Shown: positions 8,745-18,070 of the stretch, one piece after another
Layout of the letters: each line of letters starts with the position of its first letter
How positions within the stretch are numbered: position 1 is the first letter of the stretch
Assembly (NCBI GenBank): GCA_947475005.1
Contig: CANJLI010000003.1
Location: 32,472-96,471, forward strand
Source: Deltaproteobacteria bacterium
GTDB taxonomy: Bacteria; Bdellovibrionota_B; Oligoflexia; Oligoflexales; Bog-1112
DNA: 64,000 nt
Direction: 5' to 3'
Notes under the pieces: model-generated
Told to the model about the DNA's origin: nothing
The model's input: only the letters and a program-made list of their open reading frames with translations
Database searches by the model: none
Program-made: the position numbers and the translations under genes

Positions 8745-9769
8745 TAGAAATACACCGTCCAAGTCATAGTCCCTCCAGAAAAAGAAAGCGTGCGAGGATT
8801 TGGGCGCAACTGTAAGGAGAAATACTGCTGTTCTTCATCAGACAAATTCGAAGGGGCTTCATTTGAGTTATGAGCATGATGAGAGCGGGAAAGTAAGGCC
8901 TCTACCACACTAGAAATCCAAACCGAGGCAAAGACACCTAGCATAATATAAGAAGTGTTATAAGCGGCATCTGACTTTTTGGTCTGCTCACTTTGATAAT
9001 CCAACACTTGGGTTTGATAGTACGCTTTTTGGGCGACTGGATCTGAAAAGTGGGTATTGGCATAGTGCTCTCTATCTGTCACCTCTCCATTTGTCTTACC
9101 CACGATGGTAGTAGCAGAATTGTAATAGTACCCACCCAAAGACAAGGTCACAATCTGGGTCACCGTAGAAGCAATCCCCAAGCCATAAGTGTGGTTGAGG
9201 TATTGTCCTACCCCAAAAGGTAAGAAGTAATAGGCCATATGGGGTAATGGTGCATGCTCCTGCTCAGAGACAACATGGGGAGGTGCTGCAACTTCTGGAC
9301 TTGTGGCGACAGGAGGTGGCTGAATCACAGGTGCTGGCGCTGGTTTTTCCAGCCAAGCGGCAGGCACCTCCTCATGAGGGGCAACCGGTTCCGGTTTTTT
9401 CTTCTCGATGGAAGGAGCGCGCTTTGGAGAACGTACTGTAATGGAGGCAAAAAAATCCAGCACAGACTGATCTAAAATTTCTTGGCTTGATAACTGCAAA
9501 GTGGGATCTATGGCCTTTGCTTTTTCAAAGCTCTTAGCCGCCGCTGCTCGGTCCCCTTGCATAAACTCACACAGCCCCTTCATTTTATAGAGAGCTTTCT
9601 TTTCATCAGCAGAAGGATGTGCCGCTAGAAGATCCACAAAAATCTCTTTGGATTGTTGGAAATTAGCGCGCAAATACTCTTGAAAACCAGCTGAGTAGTC
9701 TTTTGCGAAAAGATCTCCCCACGCGCACAACCCCAGAACCAAAATGAGACAGTTTCGCTTTTTCCACAT
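8744..9769 (-). CDS. hypothetical membrane-associated protein (TPR-like N-terminal part, Pro-rich linker)
   Basis: The ORF runs to 9850. A start at 9769 gives the signal-like sequence MWKKRNCLILVLGLCAWGDLFA. The protein has a Pro-rich stretch and C-terminal hydrophobic segments. Confidence 0.55.
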   Translation of the reverse strand: MWKKRNCLILVLGLCAWGDLFAKDYSAGFQEYLRANFQQSKEIFVDLLAAHPSADEKKALYKMKGLCEFMQGDRAAAAKSFEKAKAIDPTLQLSSQEILDQSVLDFFASITVRSPKRAPSIEKKKPEPVAPHEEVPAAWLEKPAPAPVIQPPPVATSPEVAAPPHVVSEQEHAPLPHMAYYFLPFGVGQYLNHTYGLGIASTVTQIVTLSLGGYYYNSATTIVGKTNGEVTDREHYANTHFSDPVAQKAYYQTQVLDYQSEQTKKSDAAYNTSYIMLGVFASVWISSVVEALLSRSHHAHNSNEAPSNLSDEEQQYFSLQLRPNPRTLSFSGGTMTWTVYF

Positions 9770-10062
9770 AAAAGTTTTTTCCCCAAAGAGAGATAAACCT
9801 TCCCCTTGAAGAACTTGAGACTTTCTTCGAGGGGAGAACGATTGAATCAAACCGTATCTTATTTTACTTTTTATTCGTCTTAAATTGTAATTTTTTCCTC
9901 TTCTTTTTTTGTTTTACAAAAAAGGGGAAATATCGGGTTTGTTGTCTATCCTGCTTATTATCCTCATTATTTTATGGTTATACATTGGATGACGGCGAAT
10001 TACTTGCTATACTTTTACATGGAATCACCCAACATACGAATGATCCAATAGAATTAAAGGGA

Positions 10063-10356
10063 ATGGCCATGGTCAAATCAGAATTGATTGAAAGACTTTC
10101 CAATCGAGCTGGCATTACGCTGTCCAAAGCAGAAGAACTCATCGATCTGTTTTTCGACAGTATGTCCGATGCGCTTTGTAAGGGAGGGCGTGTAGAGATT
10201 CGAGGTTTTGGTGCCTTCTCCGTAAAAGAATATAAGAGCTATGTGGGCCGTAACCCCAAAACGGGGGAAGAAGTCCGAGTACCCGCCAAACGTTTACCTG
10301 TATGGCGTACAGGTACCGAATTGCGACAACGGGTCGACTCCGAGATGGACAAGTAG
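10063..10356 (+). CDS. ihfB: integration host factor beta-like (HU/IHF family) DNA-binding protein
   Basis: MAMVKSELIERL...RVEIRGFGAFSV...GRNPKTGEEV closely follows the IHF-beta pattern. The track start at 9985 is an upstream alternative codon; the ATG at 10063 follows AAAGGGA. Confidence 0.85.
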   Translation: MAMVKSELIERLSNRAGITLSKAEELIDLFFDSMSDALCKGGRVEIRGFGAFSVKEYKSYVGRNPKTGEEVRVPAKRLPVWRTGTELRQRVDSEMDK

Positions 10357-10510
10357 GCCCCCCTGGGCCTCCCCCCATCTGTTGCAAGCACTGATTTTTC
10401 CTAGTTGATTTCTTATTTCAATACTTACCATCAAACAATTTCTTACTCAAATCTAATATTTGCAGTTTCTACTGCTTTTGTTGAAACATATGGTGATTTG
10501 AGGTATTTGA

Positions 10511-10864
10511 TTGGAACTTGATCCCGACTTATATGAGGTTTCTACATTGCTTTCAGACGCCACCCGCAAAAAAATCGACGATACCGTGCAAAATAATCGC
10601 ATCGCCCTGTTCATGAAGGGAGATCGAACCCAACCTATGTGTGGATTTTCTGCTCAGGTTTTGCATGTTCTCAACAGCTACAACCAAGACTATGTTACCG
10701 TGAATGTTTTGGAGGATTGGGAGTTGCGAGAAGGGCTTAAAGAATACACAAACTGGCCGACCATCCCGCAACTCTATATTGACCAAACATTTGTGGGCGG
10801 CTGTGATATCACCATGGAGCTGCATCGCAAAGGAGAGCTGAAAAAAATTATAGAAGGCGCCTAA
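10511..10864 (+). CDS. grxD: monothiol glutaredoxin (Grx4 family)
   Basis: CGFS active site (PMCGFSAQV) and the WPTIPQLYI motif. The start is non-ATG (TTG) and its exact position is uncertain. Confidence 0.85.
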   Translation: MELDPDLYEVSTLLSDATRKKIDDTVQNNRIALFMKGDRTQPMCGFSAQVLHVLNSYNQDYVTVNVLEDWELREGLKEYTNWPTIPQLYIDQTFVGGCDITMELHRKGELKKIIEGA

Positions 10865-10879
10865 AAAAGGAGTAGAGAT

Positions 10880-12013
10880 ATGCATCCGTTTACCCGCTGT
10901 GTACACGCTGGCTCAGAACCCGAACCGGTAACCGGTGCTATATTTCCACCCATTTTTCAGGTTTCGACCTTTGTGCAAGAGGCCCCCGGTGAACACAAAG
11001 GCTTTGATTACTCCCGCGCCCGTAACCCCACACGAGATGCCCTCGAGACCGCGCTCGCAGATTTGGAAGGCGCAAAGCACGCCCTTGCATTTGCCTCCGG
11101 TTTGGCTGCTGAGCAAGCCATCATTCAGATCTTCCCCCCCACAAGCAAAGCACTGGTCTGCGACGATGTTTACGGAGGCACGGGACGGCTCTTTCGCACT
11201 TTGTTTGCAAAGTATGGGTTTGAGTTTCACTTCCTCGATATGTCGGACTTGGCCTTACTTGAAAAAGAGGCTGACGAGAAAACGGCGCTGATCTGGATCG
11301 AAACCCCCACTAATCCTACTCTTAAGATTATCGATATTGCAGCGGTAGCCGCCATTGCAAAAAAAGTCTCTGCGTGTTTGGTAGTGGACAATACCTTTGC
11401 CTCGCCTATTTTCCAGCAGCCCTTGGCTCTGGGGGCCGATATCGTGATTCACAGCACCACGAAATACATTGGGGGCCACTCCGATCTTATCGGTGGTGCG
11501 GTTATGACCTCGAACCCAGAATTATTTCAACAGCTCCAGTATGTACAATTTGCCGCCGGGGCGGTACCTGCGCCCTTCGAATGTTTTTTGTTGCTCCGCA
11601 GTATCAAGACGTTGGCCATTCGCATGCAACAGCATGAGAAGAATGTGCGCGAAGTTGTGAAATTTCTCTGTGCTCACCCCAAGGTGGAGCAAGTTTTCTT
11701 CCCCGGCCTCGAGTCCCATCCGAACCATGCCATCGCGCGTAAGCAGATGACCGGCTACTCGGGGATGGTAAGTTTTACGCTGCGCGGTGATTATGAGGCG
11801 GTAAAAAGATTTCTCTCCCGCCTGCAGATCATCAAACTGGCGGAGAGCTTGGGAGGGGTTGAGAGCTTGATCAATCATCCAGAGCGCATGACCCACGCCT
11901 CTGTACCGCCTGCACTAAGGGAAAAACTGGGTATTGGCCCCTCTCTCCTTCGACTTTCTGTAGGCATCGAAGCGGCGGCGGACTTGGTTGAGGATCTGCG
12001 CCAGGCTTTTTAA
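10880..12013 (+). CDS. PLP-dependent cystathionine gamma-synthase/lyase family enzyme
   Basis: 377 aa with the PLP-lysine motif STTKYIGGHSD and Cys/Met-metabolism family features throughout. Confidence 0.85.
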   Translation: MHPFTRCVHAGSEPEPVTGAIFPPIFQVSTFVQEAPGEHKGFDYSRARNPTRDALETALADLEGAKHALAFASGLAAEQAIIQIFPPTSKALVCDDVYGGTGRLFRTLFAKYGFEFHFLDMSDLALLEKEADEKTALIWIETPTNPTLKIIDIAAVAAIAKKVSACLVVDNTFASPIFQQPLALGADIVIHSTTKYIGGHSDLIGGAVMTSNPELFQQLQYVQFAAGAVPAPFECFLLLRSIKTLAIRMQQHEKNVREVVKFLCAHPKVEQVFFPGLESHPNHAIARKQMTGYSGMVSFTLRGDYEAVKRFLSRLQIIKLAESLGGVESLINHPERMTHASVPPALREKLGIGPSLLRLSVGIEAAADLVEDLRQAF

Positions 12014-12042
12014 GACGTAGTATCCGAAGCCCAACTTTACTA

Positions 12043-12144
12043 CCCCATCCGTCATCCCAAGGCTGCGCAGCAGCCGTATGGGATCTCGATAAAAACACAG
12101 GGATCCCATACGGTCCCTTCGGGACCTTGGGATGACGGATGGGG
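12043..12144. repeat. cloverleaf-forming ~100-bp repeat (CGTCATCCCAAGG family), copy 1
   Basis: The outer stem is CCCCATCCGTCATCCCAAGG paired with CCTTGGGATGACGGATGGGG. It encloses hairpins GGCTGC-GCA-GCAGCC, GTATGGGATC...GATCCCATAC and GGTCCC-TTC-GGGACC. Confidence 0.85.
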
Positions 12145-12176
12145 TACAGGCCCTAAAACTCCCAGTGAAAGACCCT

Positions 12177-12443
12177 ATGAAGTCAGAAGCGTTTGTTTAC
12201 ATGCTGCGCTGTTCGGATAACAGCCTCTACACTGGCTGGACCGTAGATCCAGTTCGGCGGCTTTCCGCCCACCAAGCGGGTACCGCCAGCAAGTACACAC
12301 GGGTCCGCCTCCCCGTTCAAATGGTCTATATAGAGTCCCATGAGGACCGTCGAGCCGCCATGCGTCGCGAAGCAGCCATAAAAAAACTCCCGCGCGAGAA
12401 AAAGTGCGCACTCATAGAATCTTACCTCCCCCTCATGCAGTAA
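12177..12443 (+). CDS. GIY-YIG nuclease superfamily protein (UPF0213-like)
   Basis: FVYMLRCSDNSLYTGWT...RRLSAHQ matches the GIY-YIG core. The track start at 12132 lies inside the repeat, so the ATG at 12177 is preferred. Confidence 0.75.
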   Translation: MKSEAFVYMLRCSDNSLYTGWTVDPVRRLSAHQAGTASKYTRVRLPVQMVYIESHEDRRAAMRREAAIKKLPREKKCALIESYLPLMQ

Positions 12444-12469
12444 AATAGTAGGGGAGAGGTACCCTTATT

Positions 12470-13309
12470 ATGTATAAAAACGCTAGCTATATCCCCCTGA
12501 TGCGATTTGGGCTCTTGCTGCTTGGTCTACTGAGTTGTTTTTGGTTCTTAGCCTGCGACCCAGAACGCAAGAAAAAGTGCGAGTGGACACTGGAGCCCGA
12601 GCTCACCCCCAAAGAGGGGCGTGTAGAACCCGGATTCATTCCGGTATGTGCCCGCAACTGGGTGTCTCACAAGCAAGATTGCCAGCTGGCAAGCACTCTC
12701 CCTTTTGCGAAAGAAATTGCGGGGAAAAAATTTCGCTACGTGGATATGAAAGTAGAGTCTCTGCCTGTCCCTAGAAAAATCGAAGAGATTCAATTTTGTG
12801 ATGGCAATCAAAAAATCTCCATTAGCTCCATCATGCCCCTAGATTCAACGCCTCCACCACGCACGCCAATTGTACAACCCAAATGGAAGAACACGATCCT
12901 CGCACTTTTTGCCTCAAGCCCTACCTATACTAAAGGTTGGGCTCTCCTCTCCTCCGGGGGATGGGCAGATAGTGGGCAGTATTTTGTACTGCAAAAGAAT
13001 GGCAAAGTACCTGCAGTCCTCTACTATGCCCCACCAGGCGCTACTGCATGGTCAGAGACTCAGCCTATTTCCCCTACACAGTGGCAAGTCTTTCAAAAAG
13101 CCATGGAACAAGCTCAGTCGCTCACTCCATTTTTCTCCCAAGTCTTTGATGGCGTCGAGTATGAGTTTTTCACCCTTACAAAAGAAGGTGGTAAAACCCA
13201 AACCCGAGGGGTTTACATGAACAATCCGGGGGCTTTCCCTGAAAAAGCAGCTCCATATAACCAACTGGTGGAACATTTTCTCCGGCTGGTGCAAAAGAAA
13301 AAACTGTAA
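12470..13309 (+). CDS. hypothetical lipoprotein
   Basis: 279-aa ORF with a signal peptide and lipobox-like WFLAC. No family was recognised. Confidence 0.55.
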   Translation: MYKNASYIPLMRFGLLLLGLLSCFWFLACDPERKKKCEWTLEPELTPKEGRVEPGFIPVCARNWVSHKQDCQLASTLPFAKEIAGKKFRYVDMKVESLPVPRKIEEIQFCDGNQKISISSIMPLDSTPPPRTPIVQPKWKNTILALFASSPTYTKGWALLSSGGWADSGQYFVLQKNGKVPAVLYYAPPGATAWSETQPISPTQWQVFQKAMEQAQSLTPFFSQVFDGVEYEFFTLTKEGGKTQTRGVYMNNPGAFPEKAAPYNQLVEHFLRLVQKKKL

Positions 13310-13344
13310 TAGAAAGCTCCGGTCTTATAACACCGGAGCGTAGT

Positions 13345-14256
13345 ATGAAAAAAATAATTGTGAGCCTTCTTACCGTCTTTTCCCTCACAGGGTCTCTGTA
13401 CGCAGCAGAAGCTTTCCTGCCAGGAGAGGAGACTCTCCGTATACTCGAATTACTAGAGGGTCCGACCGATGCATTCAAAAGCACCTTAGAAGAAAGAGCT
13501 TCTGACTTTTCTTTTGTATCTATACTTCTACAAAATATCGAAAAGCTACAGGCAGAAAAACTACAGCTGATACATGCTAATTTTGCAGAACTGAATAAAA
13601 CCTTACTAAAAGCACAAAAAATAGTCCTTGAAACCGAGATGTCAAATCGATTTGACTCTGCAGAGAACTATATAAAATGGTCTTTTGTTTATTTCTATCT
13701 TTATATTAAGGTGAATCATTTTGCAGGGTTTAGGATTTTACATACAGAATTGGACAATGATGCCACCCCATATCAAATTTGGCATAAAGGAGGAAATCTG
13801 GGTGAGGCTCGTAATATGACGGAGAGGGCGAGCAATGACTTATTTAATAAAGCTCACGAGCTAACGAGTCACATATTCTATGCGAAAGCAAAGGTTGTAG
13901 AGGCTGCAGCAGACAAAAAAATGGATGGCATACGAAAAAATCTAGGCCTAGAAAATCTAACAAAACAGACCATCGGAAAATCAAGAGAACAAGCTCCAAC
14001 TCTCATTTCCCTCTCAACCTTACTCGTCCTATACCAATCAACATTCAACCGGGAAGCTCAAGCGTACAGTGCAGCAGCTTTCGGGGCTATCTCTCTTTTG
14101 GTTAAACAGAACCTGCCTGGCGATGGCAGCCGTGGAACCGCTCAAACAACAGTAAGTGATTCAATATACAAGAACTCATGGGACAAATCCGGCGTAAAAA
14201 GAAATCCATATGTGCAACAAGCAAGAGAGATCTTTGCGCTTCAAATTCCAGAGTAA
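13345..14256 (+). CDS. hypothetical secreted protein (paralog family with 14421..14870)
   Basis: 303-aa ORF with a signal peptide. The first ~95 residues align with the downstream paralog (LLEGPTDAFKSTLEERASDFSFV versus LVEGSVDEFKAALQENASDLSFV). Confidence 0.55.
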   Translation: MKKIIVSLLTVFSLTGSLYAAEAFLPGEETLRILELLEGPTDAFKSTLEERASDFSFVSILLQNIEKLQAEKLQLIHANFAELNKTLLKAQKIVLETEMSNRFDSAENYIKWSFVYFYLYIKVNHFAGFRILHTELDNDATPYQIWHKGGNLGEARNMTERASNDLFNKAHELTSHIFYAKAKVVEAAADKKMDGIRKNLGLENLTKQTIGKSREQAPTLISLSTLLVLYQSTFNREAQAYSAAAFGAISLLVKQNLPGDGSRGTAQTTVSDSIYKNSWDKSGVKRNPYVQQAREIFALQIPE

Positions 14257-14316
14257 AGCCAAAAGGCGTTTCATCAATTAACTTAATCATCCCAACTTTG
14301 TGAGTCACTTTTAGCT

Positions 14317-14420
14317 CCGGCAAAAAAATGCCATACAACAACGGTTGAATATTTCTTTCAACTGGCGCAAAAGAAGAAGCTGCGATAAAAAAGATTCGGT
14401 CTTGTAACACCGGAGGCTGT
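14317..14420 (+). pseudogene. decayed duplicate of the 3' end and downstream leader of the 12470..13309 gene
   Basis: 14317-14420 aligns by eye with 13229-13344, including the hairpin before the start codon. No intact reading frame remains. Confidence 0.55.
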
Positions 14421-14870
14421 ATGAAAAAAATGGTTGGTAGCATTATTTCCGCCCTTTCTCTTTCTATCTCTCTGCACGCTGCAGAAGTTTCGCTTACAGA
14501 AACTCAGTTTCTCGATATGCAAGAGCTTGTAGAGGGTTCAGTCGATGAATTTAAAGCTGCTTTACAGGAAAATGCTAGCGACCTTTCTTTTGTCTTCGCA
14601 CTTCTAGAAAATCTCGAAAAATTCGATGCATATAAGGTATGGGATATACATAGGAATTTCGCCAAACTGGAAGCAACCTTATTAAAGAGGCAAAAGGAAC
14701 TCCCTGAAATTAAGGGACCGAAGACAAGAGCCGATCTCGCTATAAAAGAAAGGCTTACTAAGATAAATCTGCCGCGCTTTTCCCAGTACATGCACGAGCT
14801 GATTATCGACTCTCTTACAACCTTGCTCGCCCTAGAATGGACGCTGAGAATTGACCGGGTAAATGAGTAG
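14421..14870 (+). CDS. hypothetical secreted protein (short paralog of 13345..14256)
   Basis: 149-aa ORF with a signal peptide and N-terminal similarity to the upstream gene. Confidence 0.5.
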   Translation: MKKMVGSIISALSLSISLHAAEVSLTETQFLDMQELVEGSVDEFKAALQENASDLSFVFALLENLEKFDAYKVWDIHRNFAKLEATLLKRQKELPEIKGPKTRADLAIKERLTKINLPRFSQYMHELIIDSLTTLLALEWTLRIDRVNE

Positions 14871-14909
14871 CCAACCTCGTTGCATTCTCCCTACACGCAG
14901 GAACATGAA

Positions 14910-16406
14910 ATGCCAAAAAAAGTACGGGAATTTGATGTAATCGTTGTGGGAAGCGGCCCTGGCGGCGAGGGGGCTGCCATGCAGGCCCGCAAACAGGGGC
15001 TGCGGGTCCTCGTCATTGAAAAGCAGCCTTTCGTAGGAGGGGGCTGCACCCACACGGGTACCATTCCCTCTAAATCTTTGCGCTACAGTGCATATAAAAT
15101 TTTAGCACTTCGCGCAGATCCTCTTCTTCATCTTGAGCAGCAAAATTTTACCTTTGAGGCCTTGCTCCACCAAGCTCGAGACATTATTGGACAACAGGTT
15201 AAGCTGCGCAATAGCCACTATATGCGCAATGATGTAGAGGTGCTGCACGGAGAAGCTCAATTCGTGGACCCACATACCCTGTTGGTCCAGCAAAACGAAC
15301 AAAGTGAACTTGTCCGCGCAGAGGTCATCGTACTGGCGACGGGATCTCGCCCCTATCGACTGCCAAATGTTAACTATCAACATCCGTGTGTATTTGATTC
15401 CGATACCATTCTCTCATTGCGCAGCAATCCCCGTGTAGTCACCGTTTTTGGTGCTGGAGTTGTGGGTTGTGAGTACACGAGTATCTTTCGGTCTCTAGGG
15501 AAAAAAGTCAACCTCATCAACACAAGGGCCCAGTTGTTGAGCTTTCTCGATACGGAAATCATTGACGCCCTCTCCTACCATCTTCGAGATAGCGGCGTAC
15601 TGATTCGCAACCAAGAGTCTTTCTCTCACTTGGAGACCCGAGGCCAAGAAGTGGTGCTGCACCTTGCCTCCGGCAAACAGATTCATAGCGACATCATTCT
15701 CTTTGCCTCCGGTCGCATCGGAAATACGGAAGCCCTTCATCTCGATACCATTGGTATTAAAGTGAACGACTGGGGACAACTCCTCGTGAACACTCATTTC
15801 CAAACGGAGATCCCCCATATTTATGCGGTGGGAGATGTGGTGGGATTTCCGGCTCTGGCAAGCTCTGCCTATGATCAAGGTCGATTTGCCATTGGACATT
15901 TTCTTGATCCCGAATGTGACCATCGACTGGTAGCCAATATCCCAGTTGGCATTTACACCATCCCTGAAATCTCCTGCATTGGCAAAACCGAAGCGGAACT
16001 CACCCAAGCCAAAATCCCCTACGAGATTGGACACACCTCTTTCAAACAGTTGGCTCGTGCCCAAATTACAGGGGAAACCATCGGGATGCTGAAGCTCTTG
16101 TTTCATCCAGAAACTTTGGAGCTTCTCGGTGTCCATTGCTTTGGTCAACATGCAGCTGAAATTATCCATATCGGGCAAGCGATTTTGACACAAAAAAATG
16201 GGGGCAATACCATTCGGTATTTTACAGATACCACATTTAACTATCCCACCATGGCAGAGGCCTATCGAGTGGCTGCTCTCAATGGGCTCAATCGACTTCA
16301 TATGCAAAGAAAAGCATCCGAAGTTCGAGAAGAGAAAGTAGAAGTAGAAATCAGAGAAGAGAAACCCGAAGAATCGGAACTTCATCCGCAAGAAGACACA
16401 CCCTAA
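14910..16406 (+). CDS. sthA: soluble pyridine nucleotide transhydrogenase (SthA-like flavoprotein) with acidic C-terminal tail
   Basis: [16 protein letters not shown] and [13 protein letters not shown] match the SthA/UdhA pattern rather than the CxxxxC of Lpd. The ATG at 14910 (MPKKVREF) is preferred over 14880. The tail carries an REEK-rich extension. Confidence 0.8.
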   Translation: MPKKVREFDVIVVGSGPGGEGAAMQARKQGLRVLVIEKQPFVGGGCTHTGTIPSKSLRYSAYKILALRADPLLHLEQQNFTFEALLHQARDIIGQQVKLRNSHYMRNDVEVLHGEAQFVDPHTLLVQQNEQSELVRAEVIVLATGSRPYRLPNVNYQHPCVFDSDTILSLRSNPRVVTVFGAGVVGCEYTSIFRSLGKKVNLINTRAQLLSFLDTEIIDALSYHLRDSGVLIRNQESFSHLETRGQEVVLHLASGKQIHSDIILFASGRIGNTEALHLDTIGIKVNDWGQLLVNTHFQTEIPHIYAVGDVVGFPALASSAYDQGRFAIGHFLDPECDHRLVANIPVGIYTIPEISCIGKTEAELTQAKIPYEIGHTSFKQLARAQITGETIGMLKLLFHPETLELLGVHCFGQHAAEIIHIGQAILTQKNGGNTIRYFTDTTFNYPTMAEAYRVAALNGLNRLHMQRKASEVREEKVEVEIREEKPEESELHPQEDTP

Positions 16407-16421
16407 ACAAAAGGACCCTGC

Positions 16422-17960
16422 ATGATTTCTGCACAAGAGATACTTGCTACCTTCCAAATCGAAAACAAACACAAAGGTACAAGCACAGGAAGCAAGTGGA
16501 CAGGGGATGGAGATTTTGCTCTTGACTCCCATTCTCCCATCGATGGAACTTTGCTCGCTACAGTTGGATGCACCTCTCCAGCTGACTATCAGCAGGTTGT
16601 ACAAGCTGCGCAAAAAGCATCCCTATATTGGAAAACTGTCCCCGCTCCCAAGCGCGGAGAGGTGATCCGACAACTGGGTGAAAAGCTTCGGATATATAAA
16701 GAACCCCTTGGTGCTTTGGTCTCCATGGAAATGGGAAAGTCCCTGCAAGAAGGCTTGGGAGAAGTGCAAGAGATGATCGACATCTGCGAATTTGCAGTCG
16801 GTTTGTCTCGTCAGCTCTATGGATTGACCATGCATTCTGAGCGGCCTAACCACCGTATGTACGAGCAGTGGCATCCATTGGGCATCGTAGGCATCATCAG
16901 CGCATTTAACTTCCCCGTTGCCGTGTGGGCCTGGAACACATGCATCGCAGCCATTTGCGGGAATGTCACAATTTGGAAACCCTCTGAAAAAACACCACTT
17001 ACAGCTGTAGCTTGTTTTCAGATTTTGTCCCAAGTGGTTTGTGAACAGAAACTACCGGAAGGGATTTTTAACCTGGTGACAGGCGACGGAAAAACCATAG
17101 GAAGATTGTTAACCGAAGATCCACGGGTATCCTTGATTTCTGCAACGGGCTCTACAGCGATGGGTAAAACCGTTGCCCAAGTGGTAGGGGCTCGTTTTGG
17201 CAAGACGATTTTGGAGCTTGGTGGCAACAATGCAGTTATCGTAACTCCACATGCAGACCTCAAACTTGCAATCCCTGCCCTTGTATTCGGTGCGGTGGGC
17301 ACAGCTGGACAACGATGCACGACCACCAGGCGTGTGATTGTGCATGAATCCATTTTTGCTCAGGTACAATCTACCCTGGTCAAAGCCTACCAGTCCCTTC
17401 GCATAGGAAATCCCTTAGAAACCGGTGTACATGTAGGGCCTTTGATCGATACTCACGCTGTAGCCATGATGCAACATGCTCTGCAGCAAGCCCAAGAACA
17501 AGGAGGAGAAATCATCTGGGGTGGAAAACCCGTTTCAGGCCCAGCCTTTTCTTCCGGGTGCTATGTAGAGCCTGCTTTGGTGCTGGCAGCCCCTCATATG
17601 TTGGTTGTGCAAGAGGAAACCTTTGCTCCGATTCTATACCTCCTCTCCTATTCAGGAGATGTAGAAGAAGCCATTGCGATACAAAACAATGTACGACAAG
17701 GGCTTTCCTCTTCGATCTTCACCACTAACTTGCAAGAAGCAGAGGCATTCTTGAGTGCAAGAGGCAGTGACTGTGGCATTGCCAATGTTAACATCGGAAC
17801 CTCTGGGGCAGAAATCGGAGGGGCCTTTGGAGGCGAGAAGGAAACCGGTGGTGGGCGAGAATCTGGATCCGATGCCTGGAAAGCCTATATGCGTAGGCAA
17901 ACCAACACGATTAATTATGGCAAGGAATTACCCTTGGCTCAGGGGATTCAATTTTTTTAA
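16422..17960 (+). CDS. aldehyde dehydrogenase, ALDH7 (aminoadipate-semialdehyde / piperideine-6-carboxylate dehydrogenase) type
   Basis: 512 aa with ELGGNNA and the catalytic-Cys region GTAGQRCTTTRR, characteristic of the antiquitin-type subfamily. Confidence 0.8.
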   Translation: MISAQEILATFQIENKHKGTSTGSKWTGDGDFALDSHSPIDGTLLATVGCTSPADYQQVVQAAQKASLYWKTVPAPKRGEVIRQLGEKLRIYKEPLGALVSMEMGKSLQEGLGEVQEMIDICEFAVGLSRQLYGLTMHSERPNHRMYEQWHPLGIVGIISAFNFPVAVWAWNTCIAAICGNVTIWKPSEKTPLTAVACFQILSQVVCEQKLPEGIFNLVTGDGKTIGRLLTEDPRVSLISATGSTAMGKTVAQVVGARFGKTILELGGNNAVIVTPHADLKLAIPALVFGAVGTAGQRCTTTRRVIVHESIFAQVQSTLVKAYQSLRIGNPLETGVHVGPLIDTHAVAMMQHALQQAQEQGGEIIWGGKPVSGPAFSSGCYVEPALVLAAPHMLVVQEETFAPILYLLSYSGDVEEAIAIQNNVRQGLSSSIFTTNLQEAEAFLSARGSDCGIANVNIGTSGAEIGGAFGGEKETGGGRESGSDAWKAYMRRQTNTINYGKELPLAQGIQFF

Positions 17961-17968
17961 TTGCAACG

Positions 17969-18058
17969 CCCAGTGGGGACACCCGATGCGAGTGTCCCCA
18001 CTGGGCTTGGAGTGCCCCCCCTTTTAAGGGGACACTCGCATCGGGTGTCCCCACTGGG
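17969..18058. repeat. REP-like hairpin pair between convergent genes (probable bidirectional terminator)
   Basis: CCCAGTGGGGACACCCGATGCGAGTGTCCCCACTGGG (17969-18005) and GGGGACACTCGCATCGGGTGTCCCCACTGGG (18028-18058) are reverse complements of each other. Confidence 0.8.
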
Positions 18059-18070
18059 CTCTGATAAACC

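Noticed and set aside
15495-16613. 372-aa ORF antisense to sthA and the ALDH gene.
   Set aside because: Both sense-strand genes have strong family motifs. The antisense product has no motif, an odd composition, and spans an intergenic junction.
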